Positions 48,241-62,325 of a stretch of DNA of 64,000 nucleotides are shown here, piece after piece. How positions within the stretch are numbered: position 1 is the stretch's first letter; each line of letters starts with the position of its first letter. This DNA comes from Mobula hypostoma (lineage: Eukaryota), in NCBI RefSeq assembly GCF_963921235.1, contig NC_086114.1:35154001-35218000 (forward strand), written 5' to 3'. A model generated the notes under the pieces. The model did no database searches and was not told the origin of the DNA. It was given only the letters and a program-made list of their open reading frames with translations. The translations under genes were made by a program, and so were the position numbers.

Positions 48241-51200
48241 AAGATAGCTCAGCTGCTGGTTAAATTGGATGCCAAATAGTCTTGTTCTGCCCCAGACAGT
48301 GACAAGAGAGGGAGGGGGATGGGGAGGGAGAGAGGAATAGAAGAGAGAGACACGGCTGGGAAATGGAGATTTGATTGGTCCCAAGGAATTGCCAAAATCT
48401 TCACATTATTTAAATTCAAGGTAAATTAATCTCTGAATCTAATGCTGCTTTTAAATATTAAGCTGTATCAATTTGTATGTATAGATTAAAAAATCTTCTG
48501 GGCCTATTTTAATTCTATAACGGGTAGACTTCCTGTTTATACTAAAGATTAATATTTTGTAATTCATTATCTTTAAAAGACAAAGATTAAAGCAAGATTA
48601 TTCACTGATGAAAATAGCTATGAACAGGAACAAAAACAATTTGTAGCATGTGGTGGAGTTAGTTAGGTCAGTACTGTGTTTTGCTGACCATATTGGTTCT
48701 GTTTGAAATGTGCACAAATGTTTTTCTTTCCTGGCCATTTATAAGACAGGAACAAGACAATAAACTGCAAGTCATTTGAAACAGCTTAAACACATTGATG
48801 GTTAAGACAATAGAGTGTGTCTGAATTGTGAAGTTATGGAATGTTGTTTACATATCTTGAATTTTGTTCATTCTAGTCACAGTGTTAGTTATTAGACTGA
48901 ACATTTGAAGGGTTGGGATCTTTAGTGTGTGATTTTATTTTTAGCAGCACAATAATGTGTTTTTCTATGGACTTGTATTAGATAACATTTAGGACAGAGT
49001 TTTTGAAGCTATTCATCCAAAATGGTCAACAGCTGTGTTTAAGCAGTGTTTAAGTTCCACATTAGCCTTTTTCTGTTCTATTTTAAAACCTATTAGCACT
49101 CCCCTCTATCAGGTTCTTTCTTGTGTGTTTATTTAGCTTTCTCTTAAAATAATTATGTTTTGCTTCCCAGAGAAAGTAGATTCTAATCACTCTTTGGGTA
49201 TCTTTGAGAACTTAATTAAATTTATTGATTGCCACCAAACATCTTTTGGTTCCTAACTTTGAATTTTCCCAGACCATAAATCTTCCATCAATGGGTTAAC
49301 TGTTTTCACTTTGTCTCAATATAGGACATTGACTTCTGAAAATATCTACAGCCAACACCCACAAAACCTCATCATGGTTGCGTTGTGAAATTGTTGAAAC
49401 ACAATCCTTCCCTTCAACATAAGGACACTAAAAACTGTAATTTTTCACAATGTAACACTTAAACTAAATAAAACACAGCCATTAAGTCACCATTGCCTGA
49501 CAAATCTCTTGTCATTGTACAGGATCGGCATAGGTGTGGACCAAGTATGTCCAGAGGGGCAGATAGTCAGACAGTGTATACATCTTTTACAAACCCTTCA
49601 GTAGTTGTGTAGACACCTGAAGAGTAGACTATTTGTTGGATGGAAGCAACCAACAACTCTGATAGAGGCAGATGCTGAGTTTTTAAGCTCACCAGCAGGA
49701 GGTGGTGCTTTAGCACTGCTGGCCCACCACCTCGAGGGAGTCTTGATCATAAGTGGGCCGAAATTCCTGAAGGCAGGTGGCAGATCAACTGATGATCCCA
49801 CTGGTGATTGCACAGGATAGTTAACATCTTAGTCCACGTGTATTTTCAATTCTTAATTCATGCAATGTTTCCTATACCCATTGCTGATTGGTGCCATTTT
49901 TCTTTTAAAGCTCTCGTTTGTAAACTCCATTTGTTTTTCAACAATTTATCACAGATGTCTGTGAAGGCAAGGCCAAAATTTAATGACACAAACAAAATTA
50001 TCAAGTAATTGATATATGACTTTTCATGGTGTGTTCAGTATCAAAATGACTCATTCAGCAGGGCTGTCATGCCAAATAGACGCAATATGAGGTCACTTGC
50101 TATCACTAGCTCTGCCTTCCACTGCACTTGGAATAAAAACATTGTGCAACCTTCGCTCCGGCCTGCACAGGCAGGCGCCTCCCACTCCCCACCCAGCTAA
50201 CAGGAGTCACCTGCTAGTCATTTCCAACTCATCATTTGCAGCCTGTTTAAACCGAGCTGTCATCCACAGCCCTTGTTCACTCATCCAACCAGCCAGCCTC
50301 CACGAGTTGCTCCTACTGAAGCCTGTTGTGTTAAGTATCTGTTCTCGCTGGTTTTGTGGCCCCTCCCCCTGTGGCTCATTATTTTGCAGTTTTTTTTAGT
50401 AAAATGTTGCTTATTGCTGTTGAGGGATTATCATTCTGAGGCTGCAACTTCCTGTCCCAATGTACCTTAATGCTTCAAGCTCTAGCCATCTCTGTATTCT
50501 ACAGACCGAGCCAAGATTGCCTTTGTCATCTTTCTCCCGACTGAGTGAGCTCCGACCTGGGCTGCTGCTGACCGGGATATTAAAACCACCATTTGCAATA
50601 AATAGGAAGAATTTACTGTGGAGATACGTCAGGTTTTTGACCTTCCAGGATGTGGAAGGGGGCAGGAGATTAGATACTTTGCCTGTGTCAAGGCTCATGC
50701 TCAGTGTTGGATTACACGGTGGAATTCAGGACCCTAGCGGCAGAGTGCAGCTGGAATGCAGAAGCGCAGCTGGTCCATTACCATCACGCGCCCCCAGAGT
50801 GCTTGAAAGATGAGCTCTCTACCCAGTAGAAAGATACTTTGCAAGTCAGAAGTTCAGCCTGACGAAGAAAATTGGAAAAATTAATGCACTGGAATTGGGA
50901 ATAGTTTGATACATCTACGCCAAGTGAGATAAATGAACATTCCTTTGAATTATCCAGTAGTTCTTCCATTGACAGCGCCATCAATAGACCCTAAATGATT
51001 CTCATATTTTATCTATGCAGAATAAAGTTCTGGTTGATGAAGCTTTTTGATTGCAATGCATGGTCACTAGTTCTTCTATGCACTGACTGGTCAGCAAACA
51101 GTCCCTCGCATGCCTGAACATAAAATTATCTTCTGTAAGCTGCTTTAGAAAAAAGACTTGAAACACTTTGATTTGCTTACTTTGTTCGTTGTCCTTGGTT

Positions 51201-53519
51201 TCTTTCATTCAAAGGTGCTGAATAATATTTTGTTACTGCAAGGAGAAAAGTTTCCTCCACATTTCTGACAAATTACAGTGTTACTAGCAAAGGGCATGTC
51301 CTTTCAAGCACTTACGTTCCTCTTGAAGGGAACAGGCAATCCTTTGTGACAGGTTTGCAGTATTGACAGGACTAACAATGCTGCCCACTTATCACAGTAC
51401 ATGGAGTGGAAGTTGTCTGTGTGTAGTTTCTTTTAAAGTGATGTAGCCACTACACACCAGACATCATACAGGTTTCATAGGCACCACCCAGTGCAGCATA
51501 TGTGCAGTATAGATTTCACTTGTCGGTGGAAATACATGTGAGTATCATCTGGCAAGAACGCACTTGCTCTGTCCCTCTCTCACAGACGCTCACACGTGCC
51601 CGTGAGCTCAGTGCCCTTGCAAATGCCTCACTCCTCACTTTTATCCCCTTGCCCACCCATGCCTTAACCCATCTTACCGTCAATCCTCCTTGTCTGTGAA
51701 CTATTCCACTTTCTATCCTCTCCTGATCTCAGATAGCTCTCAAACTCCTACACTTCCTCCCTCTCGGAGCACGCATTTCAGTCTGGAACTGTCAGTCTTG
51801 GTGGCACACTTGGTGCTGTCCCATCAGCCTCTGTTCCTCTGCTTCAGATTCCTGCTGTGTTCTCCCTTGTGCTCCATTTGTGTATCTGGCCCCATTCCTG
51901 GCAGAGGGATGACCTAGTATGAGTAGATAAAATCATGAGGGGACATAGAGTAAATAACCAGAGGGTTTTTTTTCCCTGGGGTGAGAATGTCACATACTAG
52001 AGGGTGTAGATTTAACATGAGGGGGAGAAAGCTTAAAGGAGTTGTGCGAAGGGTAAAGTTGAGGCACAGAGAGTGGTAGGTGACTGGATCGTGCTACCAG
52101 GTGAAGCAGTCAAAACAGATATGATAGCATTATTTAAGATGCATTTGGACAGGTAGGGGAATGGAGAGATCTAGACAGTGTGCAAGCACATGGGATTAGT
52201 TTGACTTGGTATTAAGGTTGGCATAGACATGGTAGGCTAAAGGGCATGTTCTCTGCTGTACTGTTCGATGTTGTGAAGGGTTAATGACATTTCCATCTCT
52301 TAATATAAAGGTCATCACTGTGATTTCTACTGCTGTAGAACTTGTTGTTGGATCATGCCTTGCAAGGCATAGTGAAGCAACATGAACTTGGAACTTAGAA
52401 CAGTACTACACGGAGCAGGCCCTACAGCCCACAATGTTGGACCAAACCAATTAAAATAGTAATCAAACAACCAATTAAATTAAACCCTTCGGCCTACACA
52501 ATATCTGCATACTTCCATTTCCCTCACATCCATGTACCTATCGAAAGTCTTTTAGAAATCTTGGAGCTGAATGCCCTTAAAACTATGGAGAAGCATATCA
52601 ACTCCAGGAGAAATGTATCCCCTCTCCACTCATCATCAACAACCCCACACTGAGCACTGTTTCAGCAGTCAGCTTCATGACCAGCGTTATTTTGCAGGAC
52701 CTAATATGGGAGAACCATGTTTCCTTCAATAAACAAAAAGGCTTAGCAGAGGATGCATTTCTTGTGGCAGTTGGTTGAATTCCATCTTCCCAGAACATAC
52801 TGGTATATTTCTACAGTGCCATTATAGAAAGCATCCTCGCATCAACCATTACAGTCCAGTTTGGTGCTGAATCCTCTCTCAATATGCGAAAACCATGGCA
52901 AACTGTCAGATCATTGGCTGCAGTCTACCATCACTGCAGGACTTGCTCCAGGATAAAGAATCAGGCAGGAAATATTATTACAGACACAACCCACCTTCCA
53001 AACTGCCTTTTCTGAAAGCTTCCTTCTGGAAAGTGCTGTAGGACTATTAAAAGGAATGCTTCATGCCTTCTTTTCTCAAGCAGTTAATTTGATCAGTCAG
53101 TCTAGTTGTGGCAGCGAGTTTGTGCCCTTGAGCAAGGCACTTAATCACACATTGCTCTAGTCTGTGCAAGGAGTGGCGCCCCACACAGACTTCCAATCTG
53201 CGCCTTGTAAGGCATGAAAAATGCCCGACGCGGCCTCTCATGGTCTGAGTCAACATTCCCTCCCCCCTAGTTAGACCTCCCCACCCTCTATCAACCCCAT
53301 CACTACACTGCACTGTAAACACTTTAAACCACTGTTTATAATGTTGTTTATATTGTAAATACCTGCTGGTATTTATTCCATATCCGTACATTTACTTTTA
53401 ACTATATTTTTATTTTTTATAATTGTTGAATGTTGTTGATTTTTGTTGCATGTCGCACCCCGACCAACACAACACAGCAAATTCCCAATATATATAACTA
53501 TGCATATATACTGAATAAG

Positions 53520-54137
53520 GTTAATCCTTGAGGTATAGGAGTTGGGATGTAACGTTGAATTTGTATAAGGCATTGGTAAGGCCAAATCTGGAGTATTGTG
53601 TACAGTTCTGGTCACCGAATTATAGGAAGGATGTCAATAAAATTGGGAGAGTACAGAGGAGGTTTACTAAAATGTTGCCTGGGTTTCATCTCCTAAGTTA
53701 CAGAGAAAGGTTGAACAAGTTAGGTCTTTATTCTTTGGAGCGTAGAAGGTTGAGGGGAGATTTGATAGAGGTGTTTAAAATTATGAGGGGGATTGATATA
53801 GTTGACGTGGTTAGACTTTTTCCATTGAGAGTGGGGAAGATTCAAACAGGGCATGGGTTGAGAATTAGAGGACAAAAGTTTAGGGGTAACATGAGGGGGA
53901 ACTTCTTTACTCAGAGAGTGGTAGCTGTGTGGAATGAGCTTCCAGCAGAAGTGGTTGAGACAGGTTCTATGTTGTCGTTTAAAGTTAAATTCGATAGATA
54001 TATGGACAGGAAAGGAATGGAGGGTTATAAGCTAAGTGCAGTTCGGTGGGAATAGGATAGGGTAAGAGTTCGGCATGGACTAGAAGGGCCGAGATGACCT
54101 GTTTCCGTGCTGTAATTGTTACATGGTTATATGGTAT
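53520..54137 (+). mobile_element. CR1 LINE 3' fragment
   Basis: 175-aa CR1 ORF2 C-terminus (LYKALVRPNLEYCVQFWSP..FFTQRVVAVWNELP) with an ATGGTT-type tail. Confidence 0.9.
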
Positions 54138-56371
54138 GTCGTGTTCACAAGAAGCAGGACAAATGCTGTATAATTTGGTTAGTTAGTACCCAGCCAAATG
54201 GCACATATCCTCCAATATCACTGATTGGCAGTTTGGGTTTCACCGGAACTCGGAATCAGAATCAACATGGCTGATCTCATCGCAGTCTTGATCCAACGAT
54301 CTGAATTCCAGAGGCAAGGCTGCCCTTGTCATCAAGGAAGCACATGCCAAATGTAGCACCATGGAGCTCTGGTAAAAGTAAAATCTTTCGACCTCGAGAA
54401 GGAGGAGGGTTTGGGGATTGATGTGCCTGATCCGTTTTGCTCGGTTTTTGCATGGGAGGAGGGATTTAGGGGTTGATGCGACTGTTCTGTTGTTTTTTTG
54501 CACATTTTTTGGGGGGGGAGGTGGGATTTGTGGTTGATGATAGTGCTGTCTTTCTTTTCTTTCTTGGTTTCATGACTACCCGGAGAATTGAAGAACTTCA
54601 GAGCTGTATACTTGGATAATAAATGAATCTTTGAACATTTGAACCAAATGCCTTCTTCACCACCTGTCTACCTATGGCACTACTTTCAGATATGAAAGAA
54701 TGGAGAGAGAAAGAAACACAGGAATTATAAAGAGTGAGGGTGACTGAATTATGCAGAGGGATGCAAGGGTACCTTTGGATTAAGAGAGACAAATATAATA
54801 GAACAAATATCCACACATAAAGATTGACAGAGAACTGCGAAGGGCTAACACAGGAAATGTAAGAGTGGTCTGTGGTCTCAGAAAAGCAAAGTGAAAGACT
54901 ATGAAATCTTAAGAACACATTTGGAGTTTTATTGGGAGAGGGGGAAACTAGCAATAATACAACAGCTATCCAGACACAGAAACAAATAGGACCATACAGA
55001 CTGAGAGATAATTTCTGGCAAAGATGTGTGAGTAGAAGAAGGAAAACATGTACAGTACGAAGCAGACACTGACAGGAAAAGAAACAAAGAGCTAATGAGA
55101 TTTGGTAAGATGAATGTTGATCTGATGTGATTTTTTTTGGTTTCTTTTTGCACTACTTATATCATTTTTTATTTGCATATGTATTGTAATTTATAGTTTT
55201 AAAAAATCATGTATTGCAATGTACTGCTGCCACAAAACACCAAATTTCACGACATATGCCAGTGATATTAAACCTGGTTCTGATTCTGATTCTAAAGTAC
55301 TGTACTGTGTATTTGCCTGCTTACTTGTCTGTATCCCCATGGAGCCTCTTTCCCTCCTCCTCAAAGTTCATATTTAATGTTGTCAGCAAATATACAAGCA
55401 TTACTGTCTAAACCATTGATATAGATGAATAGCTGGAGCCCAAACCCCACTTGTCAACATTGGCACCTCAAGAGAAAACCCTATTTATACATAGTCTCTT
55501 TTTCTGCCTCTCAGCTAACTTTAAAGCTATGATAATTGTTTAAAAAAAAAATATAGGCCTTATTGTTTGGAGCATGCTGCAGAAAATTTTTTTATTGAAT
55601 TAATCTTGAATTAACACAATGAATGTATTTGAAATTTTTGCCAAGATTTAATGGAAAGAGTGCATATTAGTGGGTAATCTTACAGAAAATGTCATGTCAA
55701 TCAATATTTGGCTAATATTTCCAATATTAGAACTGAAGATGTGTATGAAATATTCCAGCAAATGAGGAGTTTAAATTATATCATTTTCAGCAAAACTTCA
55801 CATTCACTTACATTAATTGCTAGTAGTCATCCAGTTGAGAAATGTTTAATCTTGTTACTTTGTATTATCAATCAATACAGGCAGAGCCCTTGTAATCGTA
55901 CAAAAGATTTATCCAAAAATACAATTGGCTATAATATAAACCTATATTAGACAGTTTTTTAATTGAAGGTTAGTGGGCTATATGTGTTATCTCGCCTTCA
56001 AGCAGAAACATAAATTTAAAGATATGACAATACACGAGGCCTTGTGGTATATTTTTCTCCACTTCCATTTCCTGTCATGGCAAGTGACAAGCGGGGTGGG
56101 GGGGTGTTTTTCAGATACTAAAATTAGTTAATTGTTCAACTTCTATAATATTTGGAAGTGCAGTGTCAAGGCTAATTCATGAAAAACAATTGTCCAAGCT
56201 TCTTTTAATGTTAAAAGTTAGAGAATAAATAAAGTACTGAAAATGATGCTTAAAACTGGAAAGTTGAAACTGAACCCTAAACCTCAGCCAACGCTGAACA
56301 TAGACATAAGGAAGAATAGGGATGATCAAAATTAAATCAAAGTTGAAATGAAATCTGGGTCTTCCTTCAGT

Positions 56372-56409
56372 TAGTCCTGACGAAGGGTCTCGGCCCGAAA
56401 CGTCGACTG
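56372..56409 (+). ncRNA. Minimal type I hammerhead ribozyme in a Penelope terminal repeat (~56360-56471)
   Basis: TAGTC-CTGACGA-A-GGGT(CTCG)GCCC-GAAAC-GTC-GACTG: stem I, CUGANGA core, stem II, GAAA and GUC cleavage triplet are all present. Confidence 0.75.
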
Positions 56410-57440
56410 TACCTTTTCCTAGAGATGCTGCCTGGCCTGCTGCATTCACCAGCAACTTTGATGTGTGTTGCAGAAGCTAGATCACCTGTTTGTGGAAATC
56501 AAGAATCATTGAATCATTACTAGATTGAAGAGGATATTCTGCCCATCAAATCTGTGCTGGCATCTATTGGAGTAAACTCATTCACTCACATCATGCCCCT
56601 GAAATTGGATTTTTTTTTTGTGTGAAGATAGTCCTTGCTTTAACAGAGAGCTTGAGTGGCATTACAATTGTCCTAAACGGAATAGATTCAGAACAGCTCT
56701 GGCAACACAAAACTGGGCATCTATGAGGCTTTGTTCGTCAAGTGTAACGAAGAAAAAAATTAAAATTCGTTCTGTGTTCTTCCCTTATTCAACTCAGGGT
56801 ATTCGCATATGCATTCACAAACAAAGGAGACACTTCACATGTGTTAAGTCACAAGAAAACACTTTTTTACAACTGGCACAAATGCCATACAGAAAGAAAA
56901 ACAAATATCTACAGTAGTAGCAATACAGAAATCAAAATAGTACTGATCATCCACTAAACAAATCAATCTCTGCAAGGTCGGGGGGGGGAAACAAAATTTC
57001 ATGCACCCTGTGTTTTCTTTCTCTCTGACTCTAACGCTGACTCAATGTACTGTTCCCCATCTTAGCACAAGCACTGGCCATGACATAGCCTAAGACAAAA
57101 CTCCTCCTGCACAAAGAAAATGCCTCTTTTTATACCCATCAAAACCTATTACTCCAGTACTTGTATATCCCCTGGTGGTACCAGCAGCAGCCCGCCCCCC
57201 ACCCCCCACCCCCCTTATCTCTTTCAACCTTCTGCTCAGTAAACAGGTTTTTCACAACTTCCACTATTATGGCTGCAGATTTGTACTTCTTTGACTTTAT
57301 CAAAACATTGCTGTGGACTGGTTCTCTTGTACTGTACGTTCTCAAAACAATCCCACTCCAAGCTAACACCACTTTGTCTTGCAGACTTCCTTTTTATTTT
57401 AGCGTATGCCAAGGAGGAATCACATTTAACTCCTTCCTTA

Positions 57441-58158
57441 AGGCTGATTTATACTTGTGCGTCAAATGTATGCCATAGGTACGGCGTAGTAGCGTACCCT
57501 ATGCTGTACTCTACACCAACCCTACACCGTAGCCTAACGCGCACCTCTCCCAAAATGTAACTACGTGTCGCGGCATCGTAGACCACAACAACTGTGATTG
57601 GTCCACTTGGTAGCATCGCATTTCCTCCTACTCTGCGACTGAAGGGCAGGGAAGGAACTCTGGCTGCGATGCTTTCCATAAAGCTTTACAGACCTCCGAA
57701 ATTATGGAGGACCCTGTGCTTTGTAGCTAGCTGCTACAGCCTGTTGACTTCCACCTGAAGCTAAAACTTGAATGATGATTGCCAGTCTCAGAGTACACTA
57801 TGCAGACACTGATGCGAAATAAATGGTTGGAGACGATGAACCAAATCGTCAAGTCTACATCCGAAAATATTTGAAATGCATTTCCTCACCCATGTCTCTC
57901 AGTGGCCGGACAAGCACAGAAAATTCACCCTCCTTCAGTTTCAGTCGCCATTGTTTGAAGTTTGAGTTTCTTCATGTTGAGTTTCAACACGAAGTAACTC
58001 AACACAGTGGCATAGAAACCCCACCACCAATTAGCATTTTGGCGGTGAATTGCAGAGCGACACAGACACACCAACGCACAAGTATAAATGCTCACAACAG
58101 CGTGGCCCACTTGCGTAGGCTACGGTGTAAACTAGTATGCACAAGTATAAATCAGCCT
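57441..58158. mobile_element. PIF/Harbinger-type non-autonomous element (MITE), 718 bp
   Basis: Perfect 20-bp TIR AGGCTGATTTATACTTGTGC at 57441-57460 and 58139-58158, with a 3-bp TTA TSD (57438-57440, 58159-58161). Confidence 0.88.
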
Positions 58159-59849
58159 TTACAGGGAGTCATGGAAAGATAATGCACAGAAACAGGCCCT
58201 TCAGGCCATCAAGTATCTGCTGACCACCCAGTACCCATTTTTTTTACGCCAAAACTATTTAATATTTCAGTAATACAGCGTATTTGAGTAATATCGTAAA
58301 TATATTGTTTAATTAAGCATTCATGATGATTTGAATAATTCATTACGGGTTATATGTAAAAGTACGTGAATGGCATACGTAATCACGCCACCATGTCATA
58401 TGCCATGATACTAAGCCATGCATTCCCGGCTCCATGTTTTTACTTTCAGTTAGTTTTATGTTTAGGAGCTATAAAATATAACACTATCCTAATCCATTCT
58501 ATTCTTCCCGCGCCCCCCCCCCCCCATGCCCCATTCCTCACCTCAGGCTCTACAGCTCACCTACTCATTAGGGGAAATTTACAATGGCTGACTACCCTAC
58601 CAACCAACACATTTTAAGACCTGCAACCACAAGGTGTTTTGACATCATGTAAGATGCTGAATAAATCCAGGGCTTTTTTTTTTAGAACTTATGTTAGTAT
58701 GTACTTCAGGATCAGTTCCCGGAAGCTCAACAACCTCAAACCACTTCTAATGCTTAAATAACAAGTGAAGATGAAGCAAACGGTTGCTATCGGAGGTGTA
58801 CTATCTCAAGCCATTCTTTAGATGTTGTGTGCTGTATACATACAAATGGCACTTTCACTGTGAACTGGCTTTGGAAATAGCGGATGGTTTTAAATATAAC
58901 ATGCCTGAATTTTAAGCATTGATCTAACAACTAACAGCTTATCAATGTTGTCACTTTTCTCAAATCATAGCTCAAAGAAAATGTATTAATCTGTACAGTA
59001 CAGTATTGCTAGCATTATCAAACGGGAAGATCAACTCTGCTTCAATGAGTTGTGGAGAAGGGCATGCCTTGGGCATTCCTAAGTATGGAATGCCAGCCTG
59101 GTGCAGTTGCGGCACAGGACTGGTGGTGGGTTTCTATTGTATCCAATGATGACAGGAAACCAGTGCCAGAGAGTTTTTAAAGTGGGAAAGCCTTTGAACT
59201 GGGGCAGTTCCACTCTCTTGACCTCAGAAGTCTGGGTCCAGAGGCATGAACAAACATCACAAGCTGAGGTCTTCCTTGGTTGCACTGGATGACCATTACA
59301 TCTCTGTGCCATGTTGTGCCCTTCGCTCTCCATGGCACATTGCAGAACCACCTTCCTGGCCATTGGATCTCGCTGGAGATCTCATCTGCCCATTCTGCTG
59401 GGGCTGACTTCACAAGCCAGGACAGGCGTGTCCCTATCTCGCCGGGGTATGAGGCCTGCCGGCTACCCTCACAGTACAGTATATCGAAACATACAACAAA
59501 ATGAGCCAAGCAACACACACAAAATGCTGGAGTAACTCAGCAGGCCAGGCAGCATCTATGGAAAAGAGTACAGCAGATATTTCGATTTACTAACCCACAA
59601 CTTACTAACCCTAACTCGTACATCAAATGTGAGATGAAACTGGAGCATCTGGAGGAAGCCCATGCGATCATGGGGAGAACGTACGATCTCCTTACAGACA
59701 GCAGAGGGAACTGAACCCCAATCTTCAATCGCTGGTGCTGTAAAGCATTACACTAACCATTACGCTACTGTGGACCCACACACCATGGGCTTGTAAATGA
59801 ACATGGCTCATCACCACCTTCTCAGGGCAATTAGAAGAGAAGAAGAAGG

Positions 59850-60050
59850 CCCTTAACTCCGAGTGGAGTCATCGGGACACTGTCATGATGGTGTTTATTT
59901 TAGCAGGCTTTCTTATTTTTACGAGGCCGAGTTGCTAGCTCGACGCTCAACCCAGCGTGGATGGAAAGCGTGCAAGGGAGCCGGCTGGATTCGAACTCGG
60001 GAGCCTTCGCTCCAAAGTCCAGTGCTGATGCCACTATGCCACCAGCGGGG
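59850..60050 (-). mobile_element. tRNA-derived SINE (related partial copy at ~42640-42760)
   Basis: Minus strand has an A-box-like TGGTGGCATAGTGG and a B-box GAGTTCGAATCC. Confidence 0.65.
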
Positions 60051-61054
60051 CAATTAGGCAGGGGCAATAAATGCTGACTTTATCAACAACGGCCAGACAA
60101 AGGGAAGTTTTAAGTAGCTAAAGCAACAGCAAATTAATTTAAAAATTTGTTGTTATCAATGTGCCACCGTTGGGAAGGATGAAAGAGACCAGAAAGTTCA
60201 TAGTTTCAAACAGGCTAGTTATGTTAGTTTCCAAAATGAAAATCAAACAGTAAAACTAAGTGGAATGTCATTCTTCCTATGTCCTATGCCATAGGCATTA
60301 ACTGAAACAATCTTACAAAAGCTTTTAACATCAGTTCAAATCATGTTCCCAGCTCCTCAGTACTGATCGTTAAATCTTCTGTCAGAATTTACAGCTAGCA
60401 AACAAAAGCCTCAAGCATCACACCACTGATGCATGCAAATTGACAATATTTACCTTGACTCAAAGTTTTATTAAAAAAATTTGCAGGAAAGTCGTGCCCC
60501 TTCCAAATCCATAGATGAGTTTGAATGGATTAGAGGTACAAATTTATGAATATATGTTTGCAAATTATTAAAAAATAACTCAACATATCAAAAAGACCAC
60601 AAAAGAATGCAGACATTGCTCTGGGATTTCTTCCTGGAAGCATGGAATTCAAAGCAGAGAAGTTATGTTAACTTGATGTAACTTGATTACATTGGACATG
60701 GGATACTGTGAATAGTTTAAGAAAATGGATAACAAAAGGCAAATGGGGAAGGCAAATAAAAAACTTACATGATGTCAGGGTGCTTGTATCAATATGAATA
60801 GATTGAATGTTATTTTTAAAGTAGAAAATGTTCAAGCAATAGCCTAATGTAGGCCTTAATAATTTCAAAGGATATCTTATTTAATATGTTCCAACTTCCA
60901 ATTTTACAAATCAAATTATTTTATCATTTACCATATTTCAAAAGTTCTCCATTGACTATGGATACTTTGGCTCAACATACAGTTGCAATATCATGTTAAA
61001 TAGAATTGTGCATGTTTCTGAATTCTAATTAAAGTGTTTTGTTTTATTTTTCAG

Positions 61055-61170
61055 TGAAATGGATGTTGAAGCTGTTGAAAACAGGATAAGAAATACAGTC
61101 TTAGCTAAAAGGATTCGTATTTCTGAGTACTTTGGAGATTATGACAAATTACGCAGTGGTTATATAACAA
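61055..61170 (+). CDS. Exon of an unidentified EF-hand protein (ATG at 61059 may be the start)
   Basis: Strong acceptor GTTTTATTTTTCAG| and donor A|GTAAGT. MDVEAVENRIRNTVLAKRIRISEYFGDYDKLRSGYIT is a helix followed by an EF-hand-like loop. Confidence 0.8.
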
Positions 61171-62325
61171 GTAAGTCAAAAAAACACAACTTGAAAATGT
61201 TTAGTGAAGCATCCCAAGCATCTGTACTGTATGAATTTTATACAGATTATTATATTGTTCAATACTATCACTATGAATGCCGTTCAGCTGCACTGTTCAG
61301 TGGGAGTGAGTGATGAAAGCAAGGGAATCAGGTTTGTGAGCCTGGGAGTTGCCAGTAACAGAAACAAACACACACACACCAACTTATTCCTTATGATTCA
61401 TAAGGAGAGGAAATAATCCTGACTCAAAAAGGAGACAATTAGAGGGAAGAGAAATTAGAGTAAAGCAACATTGGAAATATGGCCTAAATCCCATCACGAA
61501 ATCTTTATTCTACTCATGAATATGCTCATTCTTTTCCTTCATATTGTTTACCCACATCTCACTCTTGCTCAATCTCTCTTCATTTGGCGCTCAATTGCTC
61601 CTTAAATTCTTATTTCCATTTCTGCACTTCATTGGGATTCTTTTTTGTCTTAAATGGATTGGTTAGAATTTGTTACATTATTCAGATTTAAATATTTCCT
61701 CATCTATCAGGATGATGATAGACATGCTTTACCCATTTCTCTATACTTGGTTATCACATGATAAATTATTTGTGTTTAGAGATGAGTTAGCTCTTGTGTA
61801 ATAGCATGTTATTTGTTTATTCCGTTTATTATCACATTAATCTACTCTGATAGGTTTAGATAACTAATGCAAAACCCTGTGACAGATCAGGTAGTCAACA
61901 TCAAACAATCCCAACATAACCACATTAACCGAGATAACACAACATTGAGCCCATATCACAGAAGTAATGAACTATTTACTCCCACTGATCTTTGTTGGTA
62001 TTTATGCTCAATACAGCACATCTCCTGTACTTCTTAACTCAAGCTTCATTTGCATCCTTACTCTGGTTATTAACCAGCCTCCCTTATTTCTATGCATAAG
62101 TGCATTAACTATGCCCTATGGTAGCGAGCATCCCTGTTTTTCTCTCCTGTTGGCAATATTGGATACAATGCCAAATTGCAACACCAATTGATGTTGCTAG
62201 CCTAGGAGTGGCTATTTAGAACTGTGTAGTTTACAACTGCCATATTGAGTGTGCTTCCTGCTAAGAAATTCGTTCATGTGACAATCAATGGCCTAGTAAT
62301 TATATTCTATTTATCTGTCTTACAG

